Part shown: positions 39,880-52,749 of the stretch, one piece after another | Position numbering within the stretch: position 1 is the stretch's first letter | Layout of the letters: each line of letters begins with the position of its first letter | Source: Octopus vulgaris | Lineage: Eukaryota | NCBI GenBank assembly: GCA_951406725.2 | Contig: OX597816.1 | Span: 55,428,001 to 55,492,000, forward strand | DNA length: 64,000 bases | Reading direction: 5' to 3' | Notes under the pieces: generated by a model | What the model saw: the letters and a program-made list of their open reading frames with translations, nothing else | Database searches by the model: none | Told to the model about the DNA's origin: nothing | Program-made: the position numbers and the translations under genes

Positions 39880-40241
39880 GGCGCAGAATGGCTGTGTGGT
39901 AAGTAGCTTGTTTACCAACCACATGGTTCCGGGTTCAGTCCCACTGCGTGGCACCTTGTGCAAATGTCTTCTACTATATCCGCGGGCCGACCAAACCCAT
40001 GTGTGTGGATTGGGTAGATGGAAACATTTGTATATATTTGTGTTTCTGTCATTGGCACCCCACTACTGTCGCTGATGATGGTGTGTTTACGTCCCCGTAA
40101 CTTTGTGTTTTGGAAAAAGGCACCGATAGAATAAGTACTAGACTTACAAGGAATAAGACCTGGGGTCGATTTTTTTCGACCAAAGGCGGTGCTCCAGCAT
40201 GGCTGCACTCAAATGACAGAAGCAAAAAAAAAAGAACGAAA

Positions 40242-40243
<2 letters not shown>
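39880..40243 (+). mobile_element. Family B SINE
   Basis: GGCGCAGAATGGCTGTGTGGTAAGTAGC...GGTTCAGTCCC; between (TA)n tracts. Confidence 0.9.
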
Positions 40244-40303
<60 letters not shown>

Positions 40304-40399
40304 CTTCGTTGTTTTATTGTTTTATCAGTTTCAGCTCAAAGCTTCGGCCATGCTGGGGCACCGCCGTTTTTCTACACTGTTATTATTGAGAACATCTTC

Positions 40400-41062
40400 T
40401 GATAAGTAGCATTCGGTGAGTAACAGTGTTTGATGTCCGTGCCCTTTGAGTTATTGAGCAAGGTGACCCACCTAGTCAAGACCTGGCCTTGGCGATGGCT
40501 ATCCTTGAAAGGGAGGGTGGAGGTGGCCAATGTGTTTATCGCATCGGTCATCGTTTACCACCGAACCGTCGTTCCTTGCCATGATTTGTGGTTAATCAAA
40601 CTGGAAAGGCAGCTCTTTCGCTTCTTGTGGAGGAACTCGAAACCGCTTATTAAACGCTCTATTTGCAGACAAAAACCGTTAAAGGGTTGACTAGGGATGC
40701 CTTGGCTGTTGATGCGCAGACATGCGCTGAGGTTGAGGCATCAGAGGCTCTACCTGGTTTGTGAACGGGTGTGATCTCCGCTTGCGAAACAAATGTTTCC
40801 CAGGTTTAATAGTTTTAGTGGACGGGAAACTCGGTTCTATCGTAGATCGATTCTGAGTACATTGTTTATGGAGTGCCGTAAGGGTCTCCTGCTATTCCGT
40901 CGATCGTTAATGCCAGCGGTGGTAGTTCAGCCGCATCTTTCTATAGAGGGATGGTAGAGTCGGCATGTGACGATACTTTAAGGGAAACCCTTGGTTTCGG
41001 TGATAATCAGTTGGCCAGTCTGTTCTAACGTACATTCGCGCCGAAGAACCTGGTTAACTTGA
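40400..41062 (+). mobile_element. L1/Tx1-like LINE post-RT fragment
   Basis: W.WRWLSLKGRVEVANVFIASVIVY...LERQLFRFLW...KG*LGMP (LS..GR / F.FLW / GGLG.P motifs). Confidence 0.85.
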
Positions 41063-41066
41063 GATG

Positions 41067-41156
<90 letters not shown>

Positions 41157-41235
41157 TATATTATTTCATCTTATTTACATTTTTAACACTTTCTTCATCG
41201 GATTATCAAATTGATATATTTATATAAATATACAC

Positions 41236-41329
<94 letters not shown>

Positions 41330-41393
41330 CTTATTTACATCTTATTTACATCTTATTTACATTTTGAACACTTTCTTCATCGGATTATCAAAT

Positions 41394-41444
<51 letters not shown>

Positions 41445-41446
<2 letters not shown>

Positions 41447-43452
41447 CAATAATAAATCTCTGAACGAGGTATAAACAGTAGTTGCAACACATCGTGAAGT
41501 ATATTTGCCACTTGAATGTGGCTAACTCCTAAGGGTGGATGCTACTCTAGCTTCTCTTTTTTTATGAAGTATAAATTTTACTTATTTTTAAAAGTTCATA
41601 AAGGGTTCCAAACCTTCTAATTCCACGACCGGTGGCAGCTCGTCAAACTCGACTTCAACCCCCAGCGGGTCTATGAAAAGTTCATACATCTCTCTTAATT
41701 TCAAATATCTCTCTTTATCTATGACTCTTCCGTTAGTGTTTTCGGCTATTTTCCTGGCAGCATCTTTACTCTTATTACCGATTTAAATTTTACAATCGTT
41801 TCTCTATTTCTTTACTTTTGGAATATGTGACCAAATGCCACTTTTATCTCTTCCTTCCTTTTCACTTCTGCTTGCTTCGGGTCCCGTCCCGATCTGTTTA
41901 GGCGTGCAGAAACATCCCAACCAATTTTATGAACGCTTCCTTTTTATCCCTGTTGTAATGCTGTTTTTTCCTGTGTGCCTTCTTTCACCACTGCTTCTGT
42001 TGGTGCTTCACACCTATCTCTCTTTTCTTCTATCACAATCTACTTTAGCCTTTTTTGACTACCTGGGGGAGAATTCACTTGTACCTTTCTCTTCCTCGTG
42101 TTTACTACTGTGAAGGGTTCCTCCACTCCGTGTGTCTCTTTCGTTGGTACTACCTCTTCGGTATTTTTCTTCATTTTTCTTCTCCTCTTCGTTTTCCTTC
42201 TCGGGACATCTTGCTTTTCTTCCGCCTAGGAAGCATGTTGGTGGTCTTCCTTTCGACTATTATTCGAAGTCTACCGTCTTCCGGGAGTATTATTTCCTCC
42301 GTTATACTATGCAAGTCTTTCAAAGATACCTGCATAGTCACTTCAAGGCTGTATCCCCACAAATTGGACTTTAGGGTCCTCGTCATCTTGAGGATCTCTA
42401 CTCCATCCTTCATATCGTGCATTATATCTGCTACCAGCCATTCTTCCTCGATTTCGGGGGCTATTCTTCCAACTTACACTCTGGCTGCGCATTTGCCACA
42501 GTACGTCGGAAGTAGTATCCATTTCGTTGTCCGAAACGGCCGCGTGGAGTGGTTCATTGCATCTTCTTCGTTGCTAAACCTTACTTCCATTAAGCCATAC
42601 TTCTTTTCACGTGTATAGAACGTGGTAAAATTTTTCACATTTTCGAGGCATTCCTCTATTTCTTCTGTTGGGGCTACCTCTATCTTGTTCGAGGACGTAG
42701 ATAACGTTCTGTATACTACCGTCCTTTTTTCTATGCTTTTCATCAGTTCTTCGGGGGGGGGGGGTATCAGCTTTGGACTAGTTGCTTACTCTTTCACAAA
42801 TTTTCTTCCTTCCTTCTTCTGTCTTTTGTCCGTTTCTATTTCTTTCAATTCCAGGGTGTTGGTATTTATTCCTTGTGTCATTGCCGCTGCGTGACTTTGC
42901 CTATTCTCCATCTTTCTTCAATCCTCCCGTAGACAGGGATTATACAGGTGCAAACGAAGCAGTGATTGAAATTCAATAATCTACACAATCCAACGAATCT
43001 TGGTTCTCAGGTGCGGGAAGCCTATAACAAACATACAATATCAGTGAGTAACAATTTGAAAACACATCGAAGAAATCACAACCTACCCCCGTAGGTGACA
43101 ATCGCGAGTAGTCGATGAAAAGCAGGCCTCCCTTTGCAAATATATATCCTTTTTCTGGTGAAAAAAAGTCACTGATATCGAAAAAGTGTAAACAATAAAT
43201 AATAAATCTCTGAGCGAGTTATAAACAGTAGCTGCAATACATCGTGAAGTATAATTGCCTCTTAAATATGGCTAAACCGAAGGATGGATGCTACTGTAGC
43301 TGGTAGTCCCAGGAGGACACCTCCTCCAGCTGGGTTTTGGCACACTTACTGTGTGTCAATAGCCAGCTGGAAGGAGGTGTCCTCCTGGGGCTACAAGCTA
43401 CAGTGGCATCCACCCTTAGGGATTAGCCACAAAATTATGTTCCAAATATACT

Positions 43453-43458
<6 letters not shown>
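41445..43458 (-). mobile_element. ~2-kb RT-less element: single gag/ORF1-like gene, terminal direct repeats and a ~210-nt terminal hairpin, between (TA)n tracts
   Basis: Direct repeat 41448-41552 vs 43198-43301; hairpin 43244-43456 centred near 43348; (TA)n on both sides. Confidence 0.8.
41589..42911 (-). pseudogene. Decayed ORF1/gag-like nucleic-acid-binding protein (~440 codons)
   Basis: Starts MENRQSHAAAM (SYAAA-like), then an RRM-like region (KYGLMEVRFSNEEDA; VGRIAPEIEEEWLV), a degenerate zinc knuckle after a frameshift (GRPPTCFLGGRKARCP), a Lys/Glu-rich tail and ...ELPPVVELEGLEPFMNF*. Several stops and frameshifts. Confidence 0.7.
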
Positions 43459-43522
<64 letters not shown>

Positions 43523-43902
43523 TGTATGTGTGTATGTATGTATGTATTTGTAAGTGTGTATGTCTTTGTGTCTGAGTTTCTTTGCCATCCCACCGCTTCA
43601 CAAAAGTTGTTGGTGGGTTACCTCTCCTAAACTTAGCAGTTCACCAAAAGACACTTACAGAATAAGTACCAGAATTAAAACAAACGTCCTAGGGACGATT
43701 GATTCGACTAAAATTCTTCAAGGTGGTGCCCCAGTATGGCCGAAGTCTAATGACTGATACAAGTAGAAAACAAAAGAGAAAAGATATTTGGAAACAAAAG
43801 TAGGATGTCCTCAAAATGCTCATTATCAGTTTAGCAAATCTGTTGGTCTGAAACCCGATAAAAACTGCGGAATACGTTGCCTTTGTTCTGTTCAATAATA
43901 AT

Positions 43903-44260
43903 CGTGGCGCTCCGTCGGTTACGACGACGAGGGTTCCAGTTGGTCTGATCAACGGAACAGCCTGCTCGTGAAGTGGTTGAGCACTCCACAGACACGTGTG
44001 CCTTTAACGTAGTTCTCGGGTATATTCAGCGTGACACAGAGTGTGACAAGGCTGGCCCTTTGAAATACAGGTACAACAGAAACAGAAAGAAAGAGTGAGA
44101 GAAAGGAGCAGTGAAAGAGTACAGCAGGGTTCACCCCCTCCCTACCGAAGCCTCATGGAGCTTTAGGTGTTTTCGCTCAATAAATACTCATAACGCCCGG
44201 TCTGGGATTCGAAACCTCGATCCTACGACCCCGAGTCCGCTGCCCTAACCACTGCGCCAC
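43903..44260 (-). mobile_element. Family A SINE (tail type 2)
   Basis: Same tRNA head as 1550 (GTGGTTAGGGCAGCGGACTC) but a different 3' half, which matches 51520-51884. Confidence 0.9.
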
Positions 44261-44574
44261 TCAATGAAAATAGATGAGACATCGTAGTAGAGGAATGTGG
44301 GCAAGTTTTATAATTAGAGAATATATGTGAAGGTTATGACAAACGGTACATTAGTGAGAAGGCACGTATGATGTATATCAACACTTTCAAATTTCACCTG
44401 TAATCAGATGTAAAGTATGATGAAAAAACAAAAAAACTTTTCGCTTTACCTGTCTTTTTACTTCATACCTGTATGGATGTGATTCAGGATAAAGATCCTT
44501 TACTAGTCATATCGGCACATCAGGGCCAGTTTCTTAGTTTCCATGACCTATATATTCTTTTCAAATCTAGGTAC

Positions 44575-44955
44575 AAGGCCCGCAAGGTTTTTTTTTTTTG
44601 GATGGAGCCATTCGATTTGATTGATTCCATCAGGCAACTGGTACTTAATTTGTCGACCCCGAAAGGATGAAAGGCAAAGTCGACCTCGGCGGAATTTGAA
44701 CTCAGAACGTAAAGACAGACGAAATACCTATTTCTTTACTACCCACAAGGGGCTAAACACAGAGAGGTCAAACAAGGACAGACAAACGGATTAAGTCGAT
44801 TATATCGACCTTAGTGCGTAACTGGTACTTATTTAATCGACCCCGAAAGGATGAAAGGCAAAGTCGACCTCGGCGGAATTTGAACTCAGACGAAATACGA
44901 AATACGGCTGCGCATTTCGCCCGGCGTGCTAACGATTCTGCCAGCTCGCCGCCTT
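44575..44955 (-). mobile_element. Two nested/adjacent family C SINEs
   Basis: TCGACCCCGAAAGGATGAAAGGCAAAGTCGACCTCGGCGGAATTTGAACTCAGA occurs twice; head ends at GCTCGCCGCCTT. Confidence 0.85.
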
Positions 44956-44969
44956 CCCTGGCGTATATA

Positions 44970-45152
44970 TTACTCACCCAGATGGGACGCCGGTCCATTG
45001 CAGGTATACTCATGTGTACCAGCTGAGCAGACTGGAGCAACGTGAAATGGGATGCGTTGTTCTAGATCACAATGTATAGCTTGGTCCAGGAATCGAAACT
45101 ATAATCTTACGATCAGCAATCCAAAACCGCTAGCCACAAAGGCACGCACTTC
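44970..45152 (-). mobile_element. Degenerate tRNA-derived SINE of a further family
   Basis: Inverse-complement B box (GGAATCGAAAC) and GACTGGAGCAACGTGAAATG body. Confidence 0.5.
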
Positions 45153-45275
45153 CAGTTAGATATGTTATATATTTACATATGTATGTATGCACATACAGGT
45201 GTGCTTGTGAGTGTGCGTGTGTGCATGTGTGTCTATGTGCGTATGCGTGTGTATGTGCGCGCGTGCGTGTATACC

Positions 45276-45509
45276 TATTTCTTTATTACCCACAAGGGGC
45301 TAAACTTAGAGGGGACAAACAAGGACAGACATAGGTATTAAGTCGATTACATCGACCCCAGTGCGTAACTGGTACTTAATTTATTGACCCCGAAATGATG
45401 AAAAGCAAAGTCGACCGCGGCGGAATTTGAACTCACAACGTAACGTCGGACGAAATACCGCTAAGCATTTCACCTGGCGTGCTAACGTTTCTGCCAGCTC
45501 GCCGCCTTT
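45276..45509 (-). mobile_element. Family C SINE
   Basis: Complete head and tail; TSD CGTGCGTGTATACC on both sides. Confidence 0.9.
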
Positions 45510-46278
45510 CGTGCGTGTATACCGGGCGACGAAGATATAACAGGAACATTACTGAAAGAAATAAAGAAGCAGACTTTTGTAATTAGACACATTTGAAAAG
45601 ATCTGATAGCGTTACGATCTTGTTAACAAATGTCTAATAGTAAAGAACATTGCTGGGTTTGAATATATCTTCTCGTTGTATTGAGATATCTTGTGATCTT
45701 TGTGCGTTTGAATGAAAAGAAATAGCGGGGGAGTTAAACGAAGATGCTTGCGTGGGTGTCATTTTGCTGATTCATTATAAAAGATCAACGAATGTATTTA
45801 TAGACGATGTTTATATACATATAAGGATATATTACGAAATTTTGAACAATTGCTGCTTATGAACAAACATATGCACCCCCAAAACACATACATATAAATA
45901 CCTGTACTTTATTGTGTGGGAGTATAAATATGTATGCGTGTGAATTAACGTCACTAATACCAAAGGCATCAGTGCTAACGTCTCTATTACTGACGCATGG
46001 GTTACGATTACTTAATGTTATACTGTTAATATTACCCAGAACATATATAGGCATGACAAATTACGATGAACACAAGTTCATATCATTTGTTCTTACGTAA
46101 TTTGTTTGGAAATCTGCCTTGGGTGTTCCACTTCTAGCCGGATACATAACGGTTCATCAAAGGAAGATTTCATTGCATTGTGCTATGTATACGTATATGT
46201 GTATGTGTGTCTAAGTGTGTGGTTGTGTGCGTGTATTAGCATGTGTGTGACTGAATGTATGTATATTTATATAAGTGC

Positions 46279-46331
<53 letters not shown>

Positions 46332-46794
46332 TGTGTGTATTTATGTGTGTTTGTGTGTGTTTGTATTTGTCTATAATTGTGTGCTCGCGCACTTGTATGT
46401 ATGAGTGTATGTATGGTGTGTCTGATTTGTTTTAAAATATAACAATCAGTTACTTAACGCGTGACGGACCGATGCGCCATAATGATAGCAGTTCCAACTA
46501 CATCGATGATACTAGCAACATCCCCAAGCCTGGAGACAACTAGAGATACACTAGGAATGCGAACTTAGCCAGCACCCAAGCCGTGAAATACATAGGATCG
46601 GCAGCACAGCTTTTAAGCTTTTGCAACCACCAGTCAACCATCATGGTCCCAGAAAGCTGTTTCGTCACGTCCCTGGCCAGCTATATGCAGCACCTCAAAG
46701 ATCAAGAGACCCCATAGGATATTAGGTGAAAGATCTTAAAACAACTAGGCCCCTATTTACGTTATTTAGAACAACTAGGCCCCCTATTTATATT

Positions 46795-46912
46795 ACATTA
46801 TGCCATATGCCCACGGGTATATGGCGTAGTGGTTAAGAGCGCGGTTTTCTAATCCCAAGATTCCGAGTTGGATTCCAAGCAGTGACCTGAAAATAATAAT
46901 GATAATAATAAT

Positions 46913-46962
<50 letters not shown>

Positions 46963-47119
46963 TAATAATAATAACTTCGAAAAATACCTGAGGAATGAGG
47001 ACCCAGGTTCGAAATTTCCCCCAAGACACCTGAAGAAGGCTGGAGGGTATATCAGCCGAAAAGTTGTGTTAACAACAAACAAGATGAGGATAAATATCCG
47101 TCTCTTAAATATAGAACTG
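46795..47119 (+). mobile_element. tRNA-headed SINE-like element with (AAT)n linker and hammerhead-like 3' region, copy 2
   Basis: ATTATGCCATATGCCC-AC-GGGTATATGGCGTAGT hairpin, tRNA boxes, (AAT)n, GACAC-CTGAAGA-A-GGCTG..CAGCC-GAAAAGTT-GTGTT. Ends TTAAATATAGAACTG like copy 1. Confidence 0.85.
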
Positions 47120-47379
47120 AACTAGGCCCCTATACTAACGGGAGTAGGCGCTGTAAAATCTGCATCACTGAGAGTGCCAACATTCTTAAAAACTTTACTG
47201 ATCCTGACTTGCCGACCACGCGTAAATAAATATTCACACACTGTATCCATTCCAAGCGCTACCACCAGCAAAATTGATATTCTCCGTTCGCTGATTAGGC
47301 TCGTAAGAGACGCTACGAATTAGATCCCTACAATTGCTTATGTAAAATGTTATGTAAAGTATATAAAATATAATTTATA

Positions 47380-48080
47380 TATAAAATGTAAATTATCCAC
47401 GCCAAAATTATCCTAATCTTTGTCTTGCCGAGAAACATTTATAATGACACTGAACAATGAATCCAAAACACAAATACTCCCTATGTAGTCAACCATAATC
47501 CTAGAAACCATAACGTCTTTGCTTCAGACAAAAGATACTTTCCAATTCTATACCATCATCAAATTTTAGAAACACGAAGAACCATAAATTATCAGCAGCC
47601 GATGACAACCACAAAAATCATAAAATTCTCTTCAAAATTCTCAACAAAAGAATAATATAGGTTGAAGGCAACAAAATGGGACACCACTCATTGGGGAATG
47701 TGTGAAGTAATTAAGCTGAGCAAAACTAAAATAGGGAATGAAGAAAGAGGGAGAACTGGTGTTTAATGAGTATGTGAATTACATGAATTACAAAACGAAA
47801 AAAAATCCTATTTAATGTATCGCATACTCACACGACAATGTGATTATATAAGTGAAACAGGAGCAAAATGAATACATCGGGTTAGATTACATAAGCAAGA
47901 AATCAAAGATTCATCTCTTAGAAATATTATGTGTGGTGAACATGAAGTTATTTGCATAAATACTTAATTCAAAGTATTCCCGTAAATAAAAGAAGACAAG
48001 AACTGATTAATAAGGAAATGTAAAATAAGAATACTTAAGAAAAATTCTAATTTCAAAATTAAACCAGTGTAAAACGCTAG
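47380..48080 (+). mobile_element. Decayed Penelope-like linker and GIY-YIG region
   Basis: PYVVNHNPRNHNVF (PY..THNP.N motif), YISETG (YIGETG) and RLHKQEIKD. Confidence 0.6.
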
Positions 48081-48430
48081 TAAAAGCTACCAACTGTGTA
48101 TAGATAACCTTATAAAACATTGTGTTTGATATGCTGAAAAAGGCAAAATGTGCTAAATTAGACGCGAAAGTTCTCTTCCAAAATATTTATATCTTTCTGC
48201 TTTTTAAAGTTATTAATTTTTGGTTTATGAAATTCTATCTTTAAATATCCAAGAATTATTTCGAAGATGTTTCTAAGCGAACACACATAAGAAATTAGAA
48301 AATATGTGAGCCCAGAAATAAATCTTTTTTACTTGTAGTGAAAGCTATATATAATAACAACATATAAATATTGGATTCAAAGCAAACCGTTAAACACGTC
48401 AAACTTTTACACGCATTTATTTTTATATTT

Positions 48431-48640
48431 AAGGCGACAAGCGCGCAGAATTACCAGCAAGCCGGATAAAACGCTCACTGGCATTTGATTCGTGTTTATG
48501 TTCTGAGTTAAAATGTCGTCGAGGTTACCTTACTTTTCATCCTTTCGGGTTCAAAGAGTGCCAGTCAGGTACTGGAGTGGACATAATTGACTTATCCCTA
48601 CTCCAAGATTTCAGGTCATGGACCTATACAAGAAAAGATA
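48431..48640 (+). mobile_element. Degenerate family C SINE
   Basis: AAGGCGACAAGC..GCAGAA..., TTTTCATCCTTTCGGG. Confidence 0.7.
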
Positions 48641-48997
48641 AATTATAGCTTTATCTTCGAGTTCCACTGTTAAAAAATATTTATTCCACATTCTGTCAAA
48701 ATCTCTGACGTAAGCATCATGCAATTCTCGCTTTGAACAACGAATCTTCTTAAATGGACAGGAAAATTATAAGGATTGTTTTGTTACAATAGTAGGATGG
48801 TTGTACTTTTTAAAGAAACTGCCAGTTCAAGTCCCAGGAGCACTGTTTGACTTTTTCCATCTACAATTTTCTTGAAGTCAATATTTACACCCCATTATTT
48901 ATAATTTTATCTATTTCAAATTCGACTGTGGCAAACGATTTATTTCACGTTTCTCGAAATTCACTGTATAATACACACACACACACTCACACATGTT

Positions 48998-49044
<47 letters not shown>

Positions 49045-49107
49045 ATATATGTATATATTGTTATATTTCGGAATGGTCATTTTGCCAGTTTAGGCAAATA
49101 TATAAAC

Positions 49108-49146
<39 letters not shown>

Positions 49147-49201
49147 TTGTATATATGTACATATATACATATGTATATGTATGTATGTATGTATTTATAT
49201 A

Positions 49202-49237
<36 letters not shown>

Positions 49238-49329
49238 TGTATGTATGTATGTATGTATGTATGTATGTGTGTGTGCGCGTGTGTGTGCGTGCGTGTGTGT
49301 GTGTCCGTGTGCGTAAATAAAGTATGCAC

Positions 49330-50200
49330 AGCGGGGGTGTTGCAGTTAGGTATGGGAGTTTATAGTCACCTACCTTTTCCATAATTTCTAGGCAGTGGAT
49401 TGACATGTGCGACCTCGGTAGAAACGTATTGTAATCGGTAGGTGTAGGATCGTTTGTCTAATATGAGCTACTTTGGTTCGACAGTAAGTGACCTTCAGTA
49501 TGAACTGAATGGGTTCACTGTCAAAGAATATGTGTCCAATGTTTTCTGCATCTTAATGGAGCACCATTGGGAAATGTGTATATATACGGGGCCGTATTCA
49601 TGTACGTTGGGAATCCGGAGGCTGGATTAGATTCTAGGTGGTAAGGCAGTAATAGACCGGCTTCAGAATTCAATCCTCGGAAGAGGAAAATTTCGTCAAC
49701 GAAATATAAACTTGCCATTTTCAATTCGCTTTTGTACCTATCCGCACCTATGGTCATGAAGGTTGTGTAATAAGGAAAATAGTACGATCACGAAAAGAAT
49801 CGTCCGAAATGGGTTCTTTCGGGGGTCTGTAGAGTAATGATATTCCACAGAGTGCCTCGCACGGAAATCAGACTCTCTTGGCCGTGCCGATACACTTCTC
49901 CGCGTTGAGAAGTCGTAGCTCCAGTACAACGAGCATGTGATTAGAATGACGTAGGATAGAATCACAAGGTAGATTCATGAAGCAGAGTTAATCGGCAGGA
50001 GAGCTAGGGGTATGCCAAGAACAAAATGTCTGGATAATCGCCATCTTCTCAGTTGGTCGTGCTTGGGAATGCTGCAGGAAAATCTAATGGCGTTTGTTTC
50101 TGATATGACCGTAGGTACGTAGGGACTCTACCCCCAACGACCCACCCAGAATAGAGGGTGAAAAATTGGATGGAATCATGGATGGAGGGATGGCATTTTT
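49330..50200 (+). mobile_element. Decayed RTE LINE RT C-terminal half
   Basis: Plus strand LAIFNSL.VPIRTYGHEG (P.LTYGHE.W), EMGF, LLRVEKS*LQYNEHVIRM (IERSQLRW.GHV.RM) and GRRARGMPRTKCLD. Confidence 0.75.
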
Positions 50201-51519
50201 CGTTTATAAAATCCTTTCTTTAAATATTGTGACTATTTCAAGAACTTTTTCGAAGACATTTCTAACACACACCCACGAACACATACACTTATATGCATAT
50301 ATGGTTCATGTCATAATAACTTGGAAAACATGAGAGTCCTGAAATAAATTCTTTTTGTGTGTGAAACTGCCTCTGAAATGTAGACGGATGAAAAAGCAAG
50401 TTATTGCTTTCACTCACAAAGTTACAAAAAGGAAAATGTTCTGACATGTTTGTTGAACCTTTGATCACTCGTCAGTGACCTCACATCCTTCTTCTCACGA
50501 TGACAGACTTGTTGGGATCGTTATATAAAGTAAACACCTACCAGACTTTAGTTGTAAAAGCAAGACAAATTGGATAACAGGCGGTGAAAACTGATTTGCA
50601 GCTGGTAACATTTTGTTGGGGAAGATGGGGAAGAAAAAATGGTAGCCATAATTTTCTTGTTGTTATTGTATTGGTTTCTCTTACTTAAATATACTCCTCT
50701 GACCATTCTTTGTCTTGGCCGTTGCTAATACAGTTTCAGTAACAGCTGCTGTTTAGTAAGTTGAGTGGGAAGGCGTAAGTGTGATGTCATCTGAAGCTGA
50801 ATATATGTTAAGCGTATGTGGGCAGGTTGTGTAGGAACAGGTTAATATGTGTGGGTGAGAATACTACATCTTCCATTCTACTTATTACATTATTAGTAAT
50901 ATTGTACTAAAAATGTACCAAAACAGTGATAAATATAGTATGGCTGTTTATTGCATTAAGATACATGTTCGTTCTACTGTATTATGTCTCGTAGCGAACG
51001 GACTTCAAGTCAATCTCAATTATGAAACAACATTACATAATTCGTCTTCAATAAACTAATTTTCGTTTGGAATTGAGTTCTCTCTGCTATTAATTGAGCT
51101 TCGGTTTTCTTTTGCTTTCGCAAAGTAGATATGTAAATTTAAGAGACAAAAAAAGAAAAAAATTGAAATGCACTAGCATTTCCTGTGCAGATCAAGTAAA
51201 TTAATGAGTTTCAGACACGTCTCAATGGAATTTCAGTCTTTTAAGGTCTGCCATGGCTGTTTCATTACAACAAATTTATCTTATTCAGTGAAGTCCAACC
51301 AGTTAAGCCGTTTTAAGGAAATATTTCTGTTTCGTTCAAATGCAAATATTTTGCCATGAAATGTCTATAAATCATCTCTTTGAAAGTAGTTCATTCCAAT
51401 AGCAGTGACGTGTCGTATTAAAAGTAAGCTTCAACAACAAACATCGTAACTTCCAGAAGATACTGAAGATAATGAGGCACAGCACAAGATACATACAAAC
51501 GTGACACACTCACTCTCAT

Positions 51520-51884
51520 CGTGGCACTCCGTCAGTTACAAGGACGAATGTTCCGGTTGATTGGATCAACGGATAAGCCTGCTCGGGAAATTAACGTGCA
51601 AGTGGCTGAGCACTACACAGACACGTGTACCATTAACGTAGTCCTCAGGGAGATTCAGCGTGACACAGTGTGTCACAAGGCTAGACATTTGAAATACAGA
51701 TATAACAGAAACAGGAAGAAAGAATGAGAGAAAGTTGTGATGTAAAAGTGCAGCAGGGTTCGCCACCACTCCGTGCCGGAGCCTCGTGGTGCTTCAGGTA
51801 TTTTAACAACGCCGGGTCTGGGATCGAAACCGTGATCCTACGTCAACGAGTCCGCTGCCTTAACTACTTGGCTATTGCGCCTCC
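51520..51884 (-). mobile_element. Family A SINE (tail type 2)
   Basis: Homologous to 43903-44260; head ends at ATTGCGCCTCC. Confidence 0.9.
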
Positions 51885-52324
51885 ACACTCACTCACATAT
51901 ACTAGCACACTCACATAGACAAGCACTGGTACATACTCACACATATCCACACTCATATATGCGGGCTGGAATACTCAATACATAAAAGTTAGTGTATATA
52001 TTCTATTAGAATCTAATGACACAACTTGTAAATTTTTAATTGCAGACGCATACACACACACGTGCGCTCACGCACAAACAAATAAACAATTACACACAAA
52101 CACCAATGTGTCTGGGTGTGCCTGTGCGTATGTGAGAGTGCTTTTTGTCGTCATCACCCAATCACCGCCAGTTTCGGCATGAAGATTGACGATAGCCAGC
52201 GTTTAAAAATCTAAGATGAAATAGTCTATCACTGATGATAATGCTTGTCTACGAGTTGACAATAGACATATACTCAGATATACACATACACACATAAATA
52301 CATACATTCATGCATACATACATA

Positions 52325-52670
52325 TATAATAGACCTGACATAGTAATTTGGGATAGAGAAGAGAAATTGTACAGTGATGGAAATCAGCTGCTCAGCGGAT
52401 GTTAAAATAAAGCAAAAGATCAAAGAAATAGAAAATACCTAAACGGAACTATTGAGGAATTTACAGCAACTCTATCCAGATTAGAAGCTCGGGTTTAAAC
52501 CTGTAATTATTGGGGCACTAGGATATGTAACACACTGACTAAATATCAATCTAGAAAAATTAGGCTTCTCAGAACAAGAAAGGAGAAAGCTGATTCGAAG
52601 AACACAGATCCAATCCATCACTGGAACTGTAAAAAATTTCTAAATTTTTCCAGAAGTATACCATTTATGT
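52325..52670 (+). mobile_element. RLE-type LINE 3' end (restriction-like endonuclease)
   Basis: NRPDIVIWDREEK..., MEISC.AD...KIKE.EN...ELLRNLQQLYPD, PVIIGALGYV, LEKLGFS and IQSITGTVK. A more decayed relative lies at 52980-53150. Confidence 0.8.
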
Positions 52671-52749
52671 ATACATGAGTATGTTTAAATATGCAACCAT
52701 ATACATGAGAATACATACATAAAACATAACCTACAAATCTGTACACATA

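Noticed and set aside
41835-42979. Plus-strand ORFs (including the 187-aa one) as membrane proteins
   Set aside because: They are antisense to the purine-rich ORF1-like gene, which explains the Phe/Leu/Ser bias.
46440-46740. Possible Gypsy gag N-terminal remnant
   Set aside because: Only a faint motif resemblance (FRHV..QL), with no LTRs or pol motifs to support it.
49521-49965. Two minus-strand non-repetitive ORFs as host exons
   Set aside because: The plus strand carries recognisable RTE ORF2 motifs, so these are antisense shadow ORFs.
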